From an uncultured bacterium (GTDB lineage: Bacteria > Verrucomicrobiota > Verrucomicrobiia > Verrucomicrobiales > DEV007), in the NCBI GenBank assembly GCA_963977015.1, contig CAXBMO010000001.1:1-64000 (forward strand): a stretch of 64,000 nucleotides of DNA, written 5' to 3'. Both the position numbers and the translations under genes were made by a program. Numbering within the stretch: the stretch's first letter is position 1; every line of letters starts with the position of its first letter. The notes under the pieces are model-generated. The model ran no database searches, was not told the origin of the DNA, and saw nothing but the letters and a program-made list of their open reading frames with translations. This document shows positions 18,880 through 29,002 of the stretch, in pieces.

Positions 18880-20205
18880 TTAGGCAATCTTGTCGAGAAT
18901 ATCCGTAATCACTTTACCGCCATCAACGATTTCCATCGGACGAGGTCCAGGGGCAATCAGCTCTTTGTCTGCTGTAATGCCCAACTGATTGTAAACCGTG
19001 GTTGCAAAGTCCATCACGCTCATCGGATCGGATTCCGGCTCGGCGCCCAATGAATCGGAGGAACCATAGATGTAACCGCGCTTCACCCCGCCACCAGCAA
19101 GCATGGTGCTGAAGACGCGAGGCCAGTGGTCGCGGCCATCCGTTTTGTTGATTTTTGGTGTCCGTCCAAATTCAGAGGAAACCATGACGAGAGTTTCGTC
19201 GAGCATTCCACGCTCATCGAGATCCGTCAGAAGAGCGGCGAGCGCTTTGTCCAGCTCAGCACCGCCGCGCTTGAAGGCGCTCTCGATATTGTTGTGGTGA
19301 TCCCAACCGCCGTAGGTGAGAGTTACCAAACGGACGCCAGATTCGACGAGGCGGCGAGCCATGAGCATTCTCATACCTGCCTGATTCTTGCCATACTTGT
19401 CCTTCAGCTTGTCATCCTCTTTGGTGATGTCGAAAGCCTCGCGGGCTTTCTGGGAGCTGATCAAACCGTAAGCACTCTGGTAAAAGCTGTCCATGGCATC
19501 GATTTGGTCGTCTTTTTCGATGGAGCGGAAATGGCTATCGACAGCTTCCAGAAGACTGCGGCGTCGAGAGAACCGTTTGTCATCGACTCCGTTTGGCAGG
19601 GTCAAGTCACGGACGGAGAAACCACTGCTTGCCGGATCGGAACCCAGGCTGAACGGGCCATAGGCAGAGCTGAGGTAGCCGCTGCCAGCGAACTCGTTTG
19701 GCTGATTGGGAACGCAGACGTAGGGAGGCAGGTTGTTTCTGGATCCCAACTCGTGAGAAACTACGGAACCGAAACTTGGGAAACTCGAAGCCGGGCTCGG
19801 GCGATATCCCGTGAACATGTTGTGGGTTCCGCGCTCGTGGGCCGCTTCGCGGTGGGTCATGGAGCGAATGAAGGTCGCTTTGTTGGCAACCTTCGCCATG
19901 TCCTTCATGATTTCACTGAATTGGGCGCCTTCAATCGAGGTGTTGATCGCTTTGAATGGTCCACGGTATTCAGCTGGTGCGTAAGGCTTGGGATCAAACG
20001 ATTCCTGATGAGCGATGCCTCCGGGCAGGTAAATGTGAATCAGTGACTTTGCGACGCCTTCGCGAGTTGGATAATATTTCGCTGCGCCTTGTGCCTCTGT
20101 CTTGAGAAGCTCAGGAAGAGACAGGCCAAGTCCTCCGGCAAAGCCAACATACATAAACTGGCGGCGAGGGAGAAATCCGCCACAGTGTGTTTTTCGGCTT
20201 TTCAT
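18880..20205 (-). CDS. DUF1501 domain-containing protein (Tat signal)
   Basis: PRRQFM; AKSLIHIYLPGGIAHQESFDPKP, ARRLVESGVR, GGWDHH, EFGRTP, GRDHWP; ATG 20205. Confidence 0.9.
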   Translation of the reverse strand: MKSRKTHCGGFLPRRQFMYVGFAGGLGLSLPELLKTEAQGAAKYYPTREGVAKSLIHIYLPGGIAHQESFDPKPYAPAEYRGPFKAINTSIEGAQFSEIMKDMAKVANKATFIRSMTHREAAHERGTHNMFTGYRPSPASSFPSFGSVVSHELGSRNNLPPYVCVPNQPNEFAGSGYLSSAYGPFSLGSDPASSGFSVRDLTLPNGVDDKRFSRRRSLLEAVDSHFRSIEKDDQIDAMDSFYQSAYGLISSQKAREAFDITKEDDKLKDKYGKNQAGMRMLMARRLVESGVRLVTLTYGGWDHHNNIESAFKRGGAELDKALAALLTDLDERGMLDETLVMVSSEFGRTPKINKTDGRDHWPRVFSTMLAGGGVKRGYIYGSSDSLGAEPESDPMSVMDFATTVYNQLGITADKELIAPGPRPMEIVDGGKVITDILDKIA

Positions 20206-20421
20206 TGTAGTCTTAATCTTAGTAGGGTGGGTGGGTAATGTGGATTTGAGCGATTGTTTTGGGCAACTGTGTCTTGCCTGCAACGGTCACGCTCGAGGCA
20301 TAACACGTGGGCTATTTTTCTCTTTTATCACGAAATGCGCAGTTTCAGGCGCTTTTCGAGAAATTTGAAATCGAGACCGTTCTGAAGTGTTCACAATCTG
20401 ATTTTTATGGAGGCCACGTCT

Positions 20422-21390
20422 TTACGAAGCAATTCGGGATCCCAATGGAACCGGAATTCCCGTACCTGGAGAATTGGAATACGCTTTGGCGTTTGGCAAG
20501 ATCAATCTCCCTGCGGGAACAGGCGCGATGGAGACACTCTGATTTCTTGGGTTTTCGGCAATTCTCAACACGGCGTCGCCAACATCCTTAATCTGTTGAA
20601 AGCGGTCATCCGGATCCTGTTGCATGGCCTGAACCACGATTTCATCATATCTCGGGTCGAGCGCCGAATTCAGGCTGCTGGGGGACCGCCATGCTCCCAG
20701 CGGCAATTTGCCGGTTAGAAGTTGGTAGAGAACAACCCCCACACTGTAAATGTCAGCGCGGTGATCGACGTCGGCACCGCTTTCCATCGCTTCTGGAGCG
20801 AGGTAGTTGGGCGTGCCGATGGAAATGCTGGCCTGGGTAAGTCCGATTCGCCCTTGGGTCGCTTTCCGCTTCACCAAGCCGAAGTCGGTCAGTTTTACGA
20901 CTCCGTCTTGGTCGATCATGATGTTGCCAGGCTTCACATCCCGGTGAATCAAGTCACGGCTGTGGGCATAACTGAGCGCTTCGCAGACTTGGGGGATCCA
21001 ACTCTGGACGTGTTCGGTGGTGAGTCGGCCGCCTTCAGAGATTTTGTGAAGATCCTTGCCATCAACGTACTCCATCGTGAAGTAAAGGAGGTCGCCTGCA
21101 TCATCAAAATCGTGAAGCTTCACGATGTTCGGATGATTGAGGAGGGCAAGCGCCCGGGCCTCTCTCCGAAATCGTTCAACAAAGTCCCACCCCTGGCGCG
21201 GAGCTTGGGAGGACAAGATTTTGACTGCAACGTAACGGCGAAGTTTGGATTGGAACGCCCGATAGACGGCTCCCATCCCTCCTTGACCGATCAGTTCGAG
21301 GAACTGGATTTGGTTTTGAAACCTAGCGTTTAATTCCGTGGGGGTCGGCGGAACGAACGCAGCTTCAAGTAGCGTATCGTTTTCGCTCAT
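20422..21390 (-). CDS. Hanks-type Ser/Thr protein kinase (cytoplasmic, short C-terminal tail)
   Basis: IGQGGMGAVY, VAVK, HRDVKPGN, DFG, GTPNYLAPE, DIYSVG. Confidence 0.93.
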   Translation of the reverse strand: MSENDTLLEAAFVPPTPTELNARFQNQIQFLELIGQGGMGAVYRAFQSKLRRYVAVKILSSQAPRQGWDFVERFRREARALALLNHPNIVKLHDFDDAGDLLYFTMEYVDGKDLHKISEGGRLTTEHVQSWIPQVCEALSYAHSRDLIHRDVKPGNIMIDQDGVVKLTDFGLVKRKATQGRIGLTQASISIGTPNYLAPEAMESGADVDHRADIYSVGVVLYQLLTGKLPLGAWRSPSSLNSALDPRYDEIVVQAMQQDPDDRFQQIKDVGDAVLRIAENPRNQSVSIAPVPAGRLILPNAKAYSNSPGTGIPVPLGSRIAS

Positions 21391-21407
21391 AAGTAGGTTA
21401 CGGATGT

Positions 21408-21424
21408 AGCGATATTCATGCCAA
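21408..21424 (-). promoter_or_regulatory. Candidate sigma-54 (-24/-12) promoter for the kinase gene
   Basis: Minus strand TTGGCATGAATATCGCT, GG-N10-GC spacing, about 18 nt upstream of ATG 21390. Confidence 0.45.
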
Positions 21425-21643
21425 AACGTCGAAATTCAAGATTTGTTGTCAATTGATTTGGAGGTGCCTTACTCTGATTAAGTTTCTGTTAGGAACAATC
21501 CCTGCGCTGTGAAAGAATTGGCACGATTTGCGGTGAATACGGCATCAAGTTTCTTCAGGTTTCGGCGTTACTGGCCTCTTTGTGCTTTGGTGCTGGGGCT
21601 TAGACCATTTTCCCGCTAATTGTTCAGACAAACCCTTCAAACC

Positions 21644-22948
21644 ATGATTAATCGCCGCCGATTTATTAATTCGTCTATCGCCGCAGCTGTTTCTGCGCCT
21701 GCCATCGTCAGAGGTCAGGATCTCAACTCCAAGGTTCAACTCGCTTCCATCGGTTCCGACGGGAAGGGGTGGACCGATACCAAGGAGCTGTCGACTCACC
21801 AGAAGTCGTATCACGTCGCCTTTTGCGATGTCGATCTCTCCCGGACCCAGAAAGTTGCCGAGTTGCGGCCTGAAGCACCCATTTTCCAGGATTACAGGGA
21901 AATGCTGGAAAAACTGGGTGATCAAATTGATGCAGTCACCGTCTCCACGCCGGATCACATGCACGCCTATATCGCCCTCGATGCGATGCGGCAGGGGAAA
22001 CACGTTTACGTGCAAAAACCGCTGACCCACAATGTATGGGAAGCCCGTCAGATGACGCTGCAGGCTCGGAAATCCGGCGTCATCACGCGAATGGGCAACC
22101 AGATTCATTCGCACGAGGCCTATCGGACAGGCGTTCAATTGATCCAAAGTGGAGCGATTGGGAAGGTGAAACGGGTTCACAGCTGGTGTGGCGCAACCGG
22201 GCATGGCAAATCTTTCCATATCGACCGTCCGGAGGTCAGTGAGGATCCGCCCGCCTCGGTGGACTGGGACTCTTGGATTGGTGTGGCCCCAATGCGGCCG
22301 TATGGCGCTCACAAGGTGTATCATCCGTGGGGATGGCGTGATTGGCAGGATTTTGGCAATGGAGCCCTTGGTGATTTTGGCTGCCACATTCTCGACCCCG
22401 TTTACACCGCGTTGGAAATTTCAGAAGCTCCAACTCAGATTGAGGCGGATCACACCGGTATCAACGATGAAGTCTGGCCAGCCCAAACCACGGTTCATTA
22501 CACCTATCCCGGCACCTCACGAACCGTGGATTCGCTTCAGATTACCTGGTATGACGGAGGTCGGCTTCCCAGTATCAAGGGCAGCCATCTTCCGGCAACC
22601 GAATCCCTGCCCCGCAGTGGATCGCTGTTCATTGGCGAAGAGGGAAGCATGGTGATGCCGCATATCTCTGCCCCGCGATTGTATCCCCAACGGCCATTCG
22701 AGATGGCTGAAAACCAGAATCACTATCACGGCTGGCTGGATGGAATTCAAAGCGGACAACAACCCAGTGATGGTTTTGACTATGCTGGCCCACTTACGGA
22801 AGCGGTTCTGTTGGGAAATGTTGCGGTGAGATACCGGGGACAAAAACTGCATTGGGATGCCAAAGCCTTCCGGATCACCAATTTGGTCGAGGCGAATTCC
22901 TGGCTGTGGCGTGACTATCGGGAAGGCTGGGAAATTGCGCCCGTCTGA
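21644..22948 (+). CDS. Tat-exported Gfo/Idh/MocA-family oxidoreductase
   Basis: NRRRF; DAVTVSTPDHMH, GKHVYVQKP, GALGDFGCHILD; ATG 21644. Confidence 0.92.
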   Translation: MINRRRFINSSIAAAVSAPAIVRGQDLNSKVQLASIGSDGKGWTDTKELSTHQKSYHVAFCDVDLSRTQKVAELRPEAPIFQDYREMLEKLGDQIDAVTVSTPDHMHAYIALDAMRQGKHVYVQKPLTHNVWEARQMTLQARKSGVITRMGNQIHSHEAYRTGVQLIQSGAIGKVKRVHSWCGATGHGKSFHIDRPEVSEDPPASVDWDSWIGVAPMRPYGAHKVYHPWGWRDWQDFGNGALGDFGCHILDPVYTALEISEAPTQIEADHTGINDEVWPAQTTVHYTYPGTSRTVDSLQITWYDGGRLPSIKGSHLPATESLPRSGSLFIGEEGSMVMPHISAPRLYPQRPFEMAENQNHYHGWLDGIQSGQQPSDGFDYAGPLTEAVLLGNVAVRYRGQKLHWDAKAFRITNLVEANSWLWRDYREGWEIAPV

Positions 22949-23002
22949 GATTTTCTGCAGAAGTCTTGAAATGGTTCGTCTAACCCATCCCTAACAGACT
23001 CC

Positions 23003-26000
23003 ATGAACCTGCGACTACTTCTTTGTTTTTTGATGCTGGGTTCGCCCAGTTTTGCGGTCACGATGAAAGAGGCGGAACAACTCTATCGAGATGGGAACTA
23101 TGCGGAGGCGTTTTCCGCCTATGAACAGCTCTTGGATGAAGGATCCGGAATCCCTCCCTCCGATGCTGCTCAAGCGGTCAACCGCGGTCGACGGTGCCTG
23201 GAGCGGCTGGATCTGGTGAAGCTGGATTCCTTTCTGGAAACCGCGATTGCGAACCATGGTTCGAGTTGGCAGGTCCTGCTTGTTGTCGCAAAATCCTATC
23301 ACCAATCGACCCATCGCGCGGAATTGATCGATGGCGATTACCGGAGGACCTGGGGACGCTACGATTCTTCGAAACGAGATCGTGTTCGGGCCCTGCAGCT
23401 TCTGGAACGGGCCTTCCCGATGATCCAACAGGCGGCAGATCAAGTACGAGCTGATTTTTGGGAGGAGGTGGCGCAGATCCTTCAACCTCGGGAAAGCTGG
23501 CGATTCCAGGAACTGACCGACCTTTCGGAGCTTCCTGACTATGAGGAACAGGCGCGCTACGATTCCAGAAGAGCTCCCGTGAATGCGAATGGGGAGCCTG
23601 TTTTTCACCAGAAACCAGAGAGTTGGGAGGGCGCAGTTTCGGACGGCGAGCGTTGGCGTTGGGTTCTCGCGCAACTGGAGGAAGTTGGCGAAAATCACCA
23701 GCTCAAGGCGCTGAGCATTCGGGCCCGCTTCCTTCAGAGTCAATTCGGAGTGCAAACCCTTGTTTCGGTTTGGCGATTCAGTGGTGAGGAGGATGCCGAA
23801 AAAGCGCAGTTGCTCGCGAGGAAACTGCGCGACCTGCAGGACGATCAAACCATCGCCTACCTCGCCACAGGGCCCCAGAAAATCACCCTGCCAGGGGAGC
23901 ACAATCACTTGGAACTTTGGAAACAGGTTGCGGCTGCCGATGTCAAAAACGGACATGTCGAAACCGCTCTGAGCGAACTCGCGGAAATTCATGTTCAGCG
24001 GGATCAGCGCCCCAAGGCGGCGGAATACCTCCGCCGTGCGATTCAGCGTTTTGAGACCAAGCATCACCGAGAGCTTCTGCAGCAACTCACGGGAAATTTT
24101 GGCCGATTTGATGGCACGCGGACGGAGGCGCACGGTCAACCTGTTGAAGTTGGCTTCGTGTATCGAAACGCCTCGGAAGTGAAGTTCCAGGCTCGCCGGA
24201 TCGATTTCACGCAATTGCTCGATGACGTGAAGGATTATATTCGGAGCAACCCCAAGGATTGGGATTGGCAGGAATCAGACATCGAAAACATTGGGCGGCG
24301 ATTGTTGGAAGAGGACCAGCAGAAGTATCTCGGAGAAGAGGTCGCCGCGTGGACCGTTGCGCTTGAGCCTCGCGAAGCTCATTTGGAGAGGCGGGCCATC
24401 GTTGATACCCCACTTCAGGAGGCCGGCGCCTACTGGCTGGAGGCTCACGTTTCTGAGGGGAACAAGACCAGCGTGGTGGTTTGGGTCACCGATACGGCGA
24501 TTGTCCGGAAACCGCTCGATGGGAAATTTCACCATTTCATTGCGGACGCAAGAAGCGGAGTCGGAATCGCGAAGGCTGATGTCGAGTTCTTTGGTTGGGA
24601 GCGGGATCGTGGACGCGTTCAGCAGAATAAATGGAAGGTTAACGTCAGTTCTCAATCCAAACAGACGAATGAAAAAGGCGAGGTCGAGTTTCAGCAAGGG
24701 CAGCGCGATCGCAAGCAGTGGTTGACGACCGCAAGGACGGAACAGGGCCGTTTTGCCTATCTCGGCTTTCGTTCGATGTGGGCGCGCGATTACCAAAACG
24801 CTCAGCCGGATTCGGCTCGGATTTTTGCCATCACCGATCGCCCTGCCTACCGGCCCGGAGATACGGTGAACTTCAAGGCGTGGGTTGGGCGTTCGCGCTA
24901 TGATCAGGAGTTGATGGGAGAGTTTGAAGGTCGCCCTGTGGAGATCACCATTCAGGCTCCCAATGGTGAAAAAGTTTATGAGGCAGCCAATTTATCCGCA
25001 GACAAATATGGTGGTGTTAGTGGCCAATTTGTTCTGGGCGAAGAAGCCACCCTTGGGGCTTATCACATCAGGATAGAAAGCCGGAAAATTTATGGTTCCG
25101 GAAACTTCCGGGTCGAGGAATATAAGAAACCGGAATTCGAGGTCATTGTCGAAGCACCGGACGAGCCCATTGCTCTTGGCGAAAAGTTCACGGCAAGTGT
25201 CAAGGCCAAATACTATTTTGGAGCTCCGGTCACCAACGGTGAAGTCGCGGTAAAAGTGAAGCGCCGCCCTCACGAGGAGCAATTCTTTCCGATTCGGCCT
25301 TGGGATTGGTTGTACGGTCGTGGTTATGCGTTCCATCTTCCCGAGCATCGATGGTATCCGGGGTGGAATAGCTGGGGATGCGTCGCTCCGCGGTATTCCT
25401 GGATTCCGTGGCATCAACCGGAACCTGAGCTGGTGCTGGATGAGACGTTTTCCCTCGGTCCGGATGGAACCGTGAAAGTGGAGATCGACAGTTCCCTTGC
25501 GAAGGAACTTCATGGCGATACGGATCACCAATACACGATTGAGGTTGAGGTGACGGATGAATCACGTCGCACCATTACCGGTAGCGGTTCGGTGATCGCG
25601 GCGCGGTCTCCTTTTGAGGTTTTTGTTGCCTTAAATCGCGGGTTTTACGAGGCTGGTGATACGATCCAAATGTCTGCCTTTGCTCGTACGCCGGATGGCA
25701 AACCGGTGAGAGGGAAGGGGGCCGTGACTCTTTACGCGGTCAGTTATGATCAGGAAGGAAACGCCAGGGAAACGAAGGCCCACCGTCAAGATGTTCCCGT
25801 CAGCGAGGATGGCCGAGTCGAGATTCAATTGGAAGCTGCGAAAGCTGGGCAATTCCGACTGACTTGCGTGGTGGCGACTGATTCGGGAGTGACTGCAGAA
25901 GGAGCAAGGTTGGTTACGGTTCGCGGTGGTGACGTTGATAGTGCGGATTTCCGCTTCAACGCCCTGGAATTGGTTCCAGATCAGCCCACCTATCAATCGG

Positions 26001-29000
26001 GAGACACGATGAAACTTCTCATCAACACGGAGCAGGAAAACAGCACCGTGGTTCTCTTTCTGGATCCGGTGAACGGAGTCTACACCCAGCCGGTTATTCT
26101 GAACGTTCCGGGAAAAAGTTTGGTCTATGAGCACGTGGTTGAGGCTCGTGATCAGCCGAATTTTTTCGTGGAAGCCTATACCATTAGCCACGGCGACGTG
26201 CATCAGGTGACCCAGGAAATTGCAGTGCCTCCGACAGAGCGAACGCTGAACCTGGAAGTGACGGCGGATGCTCAAGATTATCGCCCTGACACGGAAGCAA
26301 AATTGCGTGTTCGCCTTACGAATCCTGATGGAACTCCGTTCGTTGGGCAGACCGTTCTCGCCGTCTATGACAAGGCAATCGAGTATATTTCCGGCGGGTC
26401 CAATGTCCCTGACATCCGTTCCTTTTTCTGGAGCTGGAAGCGACGCCACCATCCGCAACGTGAGGACAACCTGCACGGCTACTATCCAAACCTTCCATTA
26501 TCGAGCGAGGATCTGATGCCGCACTTTGGGCTCGGCTTAGTGGGAATCGAGGATGCCGAAGTTGGTGGTGCCGTTCTAGCGGTTGAAGAGGCCGTTCCTC
26601 AAGGGGCGATGGCAAAAATGGCACGAACACCGGCGCCGATGGCGTCGGCAGCAGTCGGGGCCGTTGCCGACGCTCAGGAAGGTGGTGCTGAAGAGGTTGT
26701 TGTCGCGGCTGTTCGAACCGATTTTGCGGATTCAATTTTCTGGGCCGCAGCTTTGGAAACGGACCAAGAGGGGTTCGCCAATGTTTCGATCGATTTGCCC
26801 GATAACCTGACCACCTGGAAGATTCGCGGATGGGGACTAGGTTCTGGAACGCGGGTCGGGCAGGGCGAAAGCGAGTTTACGACCAGTAAAAAGCTGGTTC
26901 TCCGCCAACAAGCACCGCGGTTTTTTGTCGAGAAAGACGAAGTGGTTCTTTCCGCAAACGTGCATAACTATCTCGACAAAGCCGTGGATGTTCGAGTCGA
27001 GTTGGAACTTGAGGGAGGGGTGCTGGAGGCGATGGACGCACAATCGCTCTCCCAATCCGTAAAATTGGATTCGGGTGGTGAGCAGCGATTGAATTGGAGA
27101 GTGAAGGCGGTGGGTGAAGGTGAGGCCATTGTCAGGATGAAAGCTCTCACCAACATAGAATCGGATGCGGTGGAACTGAGCTACCCGGTTTACGTTCATG
27201 GGATCTTGAAGACTGAATCCTGGAGTGGAGTCATTCGGCCCGACGAGACAACCGGTAACCTGACGTTCAACGTGCCTGCCGAACGGAAACCGGAACAGTC
27301 AAAGTTGGAAGTCCGGTTCTCGCCCAGCATTGCCGCGGCAATGGTCGATGCACTTCCCTACCTGATTGAGTATCCCTATGGATGTACCGAACAGACGGTG
27401 AACCGTTTCATTCCCTGTGTCATTACTCGGAAAGTATTGGATGATATCGGAATCGATCTGAAGGCGATCCGGGACAAGGCGGTGAACCTCAATCCCCAGC
27501 AATTGGGGGATGCCCAAGAACGAGCCGCGCAATGGAAACGCCACATCGAAAATTCTCCGGTTTTCAATGAGAACAAGCTCAATCGTTTGATCGCGAAAGG
27601 GAGTCAGAAGTTGGAGGACATGCAGAATGCGGATGGCGGTTGGGGCTGGTTTACCGATTCATCTTCGCCGCATACGACATCGATTGTCGTTTACGGTTTG
27701 CAGCGCGGGATTGCAGCAAACTCCAAAATCAATCAGGGAGTGTATGAACGCGGATTGCAGTGGCTGATGCGCTACGAACGAGAGCAGCTTCGGCGGCTTA
27801 CGCTTCCAAAGGACGAGAAAGGTCACAAGAGTTCTGCCGATCACCTGGATGCGTATGTGGCCTCGATTCTTGCTGCCGAGCAACGTGGGGAGTCCAAGAT
27901 GCTGGATCTGCTTTACTGGGACCGGACCAATTTGACCTTGTATTCCAAGGCGTTGTTGGGGCTTGCTCTTGAGATGAAGGGGAGGGATGAGGAGCGTGAT
28001 ATGGTGGTTCGCAACCTTGAGCAGTTACTCGTGATCGATGACGAAAACCAGACGGCCTATCTCAACCTTCAGAACGGAAGTTACTGGTGGCATTGGTATG
28101 GAAACCAGATTGAGACGCACGCCGCCTATCTCAAACTGTTGGTCGCGATCGATCCGAAGTCTGAAACGGCTTCAGGAGTCGTAAAATACCTCCTCAATAA
28201 TCGTCGCCATGGCTCGTATTGGTACAATACCCGCGACACCGCAGCCTGTATTGATGCGATCGCAGACTATTTTGTGAAAAGTGGGGAAGCCAAGCCGGAT
28301 ATGACGTTGCAGATTCTGGTTGATGGCCAGGTTCGGAAAAATGTCGAGATCGGTAAAGATGATCTGTTCTCGTATGATAGCCAGTTCCTGGTCGGAGCGG
28401 ATGAACTCACGAACGGTGAGCATCAGCTGGAATTTCGCAAGGAAGGAACCGGTCCTCTGTATTTCAATGCCTATCTGACCAATTTCACGAAAGAGGATCC
28501 CATCACGAAAACCGGGTTGGAAGTCAAAGTGGAACGACGATTCTGGAAACTGACTCCCAAAAACGCACAGGCAACGGTCTCAGGGCAACTTGGACAAGTG
28601 GTCGAGCAGAATGTCGACTCTTATGATAAGACACGTATCGACGGTGAGTCCGTACTTCAAAGCGGTGATATGGTCGAGGTGGAACTGATCGTCGAAAGCA
28701 AGAACGACTATAGCTACATCTTGATCGAAGATATGAAGGCGGCCGGGATGGAACCTCTCGATGTTCGCAGTGGATACTTCGGCCAACTCGGGGCCTATCG
28801 AGAATTGCGTGATGAAAAGGTCGTCTTTTTTCTTCGCAACTTGCCGCAAGGGCAACATTCCCTCAGCTATCGAATCAAAGCGGAGATTCCTGGGAAGTTC
28901 AGTGCTTTGCCCACAAAAATCATGGGAATGTATGCTCCTGAACTGGTCGGGAATGCGGATGAAGCAAAGATCGAAATTGAAGACCCCAAAAAAGGCGGTT

Positions 29001-29002
29001 AA
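23003..29002 (+). CDS. Bacterial alpha-2-macroglobulin with N-terminal TPR-like extension
   Basis: [10 protein letters not shown] (MG2), [18 protein letters not shown], thioester motif [29 protein letters not shown]. Confidence 0.92.
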   Translation: MNLRLLLCFLMLGSPSFAVTMKEAEQLYRDGNYAEAFSAYEQLLDEGSGIPPSDAAQAVNRGRRCLERLDLVKLDSFLETAIANHGSSWQVLLVVAKSYHQSTHRAELIDGDYRRTWGRYDSSKRDRVRALQLLERAFPMIQQAADQVRADFWEEVAQILQPRESWRFQELTDLSELPDYEEQARYDSRRAPVNANGEPVFHQKPESWEGAVSDGERWRWVLAQLEEVGENHQLKALSIRARFLQSQFGVQTLVSVWRFSGEEDAEKAQLLARKLRDLQDDQTIAYLATGPQKITLPGEHNHLELWKQVAAADVKNGHVETALSELAEIHVQRDQRPKAAEYLRRAIQRFETKHHRELLQQLTGNFGRFDGTRTEAHGQPVEVGFVYRNASEVKFQARRIDFTQLLDDVKDYIRSNPKDWDWQESDIENIGRRLLEEDQQKYLGEEVAAWTVALEPREAHLERRAIVDTPLQEAGAYWLEAHVSEGNKTSVVVWVTDTAIVRKPLDGKFHHFIADARSGVGIAKADVEFFGWERDRGRVQQNKWKVNVSSQSKQTNEKGEVEFQQGQRDRKQWLTTARTEQGRFAYLGFRSMWARDYQNAQPDSARIFAITDRPAYRPGDTVNFKAWVGRSRYDQELMGEFEGRPVEITIQAPNGEKVYEAANLSADKYGGVSGQFVLGEEATLGAYHIRIESRKIYGSGNFRVEEYKKPEFEVIVEAPDEPIALGEKFTASVKAKYYFGAPVTNGEVAVKVKRRPHEEQFFPIRPWDWLYGRGYAFHLPEHRWYPGWNSWGCVAPRYSWIPWHQPEPELVLDETFSLGPDGTVKVEIDSSLAKELHGDTDHQYTIEVEVTDESRRTITGSGSVIAARSPFEVFVALNRGFYEAGDTIQMSAFARTPDGKPVRGKGAVTLYAVSYDQEGNARETKAHRQDVPVSEDGRVEIQLEAAKAGQFRLTCVVATDSGVTAEGARLVTVRGGDVDSADFRFNALELVPDQPTYQSGDTMKLLINTEQENSTVVLFLDPVNGVYTQPVILNVPGKSLVYEHVVEARDQPNFFVEAYTISHGDVHQVTQEIAVPPTERTLNLEVTADAQDYRPDTEAKLRVRLTNPDGTPFVGQTVLAVYDKAIEYISGGSNVPDIRSFFWSWKRRHHPQREDNLHGYYPNLPLSSEDLMPHFGLGLVGIEDAEVGGAVLAVEEAVPQGAMAKMARTPAPMASAAVGAVADAQEGGAEEVVVAAVRTDFADSIFWAAALETDQEGFANVSIDLPDNLTTWKIRGWGLGSGTRVGQGESEFTTSKKLVLRQQAPRFFVEKDEVVLSANVHNYLDKAVDVRVELELEGGVLEAMDAQSLSQSVKLDSGGEQRLNWRVKAVGEGEAIVRMKALTNIESDAVELSYPVYVHGILKTESWSGVIRPDETTGNLTFNVPAERKPEQSKLEVRFSPSIAAAMVDALPYLIEYPYGCTEQTVNRFIPCVITRKVLDDIGIDLKAIRDKAVNLNPQQLGDAQERAAQWKRHIENSPVFNENKLNRLIAKGSQKLEDMQNADGGWGWFTDSSSPHTTSIVVYGLQRGIAANSKINQGVYERGLQWLMRYEREQLRRLTLPKDEKGHKSSADHLDAYVASILAAEQRGESKMLDLLYWDRTNLTLYSKALLGLALEMKGRDEERDMVVRNLEQLLVIDDENQTAYLNLQNGSYWWHWYGNQIETHAAYLKLLVAIDPKSETASGVVKYLLNNRRHGSYWYNTRDTAACIDAIADYFVKSGEAKPDMTLQILVDGQVRKNVEIGKDDLFSYDSQFLVGADELTNGEHQLEFRKEGTGPLYFNAYLTNFTKEDPITKTGLEVKVERRFWKLTPKNAQATVSGQLGQVVEQNVDSYDKTRIDGESVLQSGDMVEVELIVESKNDYSYILIEDMKAAGMEPLDVRSGYFGQLGAYRELRDEKVVFFLRNLPQGQHSLSYRIKAEIPGKFSALPTKIMGMYAPELVGNADEAKIEIEDPKKGG

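Noticed and set aside
21518-21531. Sigma-54-like TTGGCACGATTTGC
   Set aside because: GG-to-GC spacing is 8 nt rather than the required 10.
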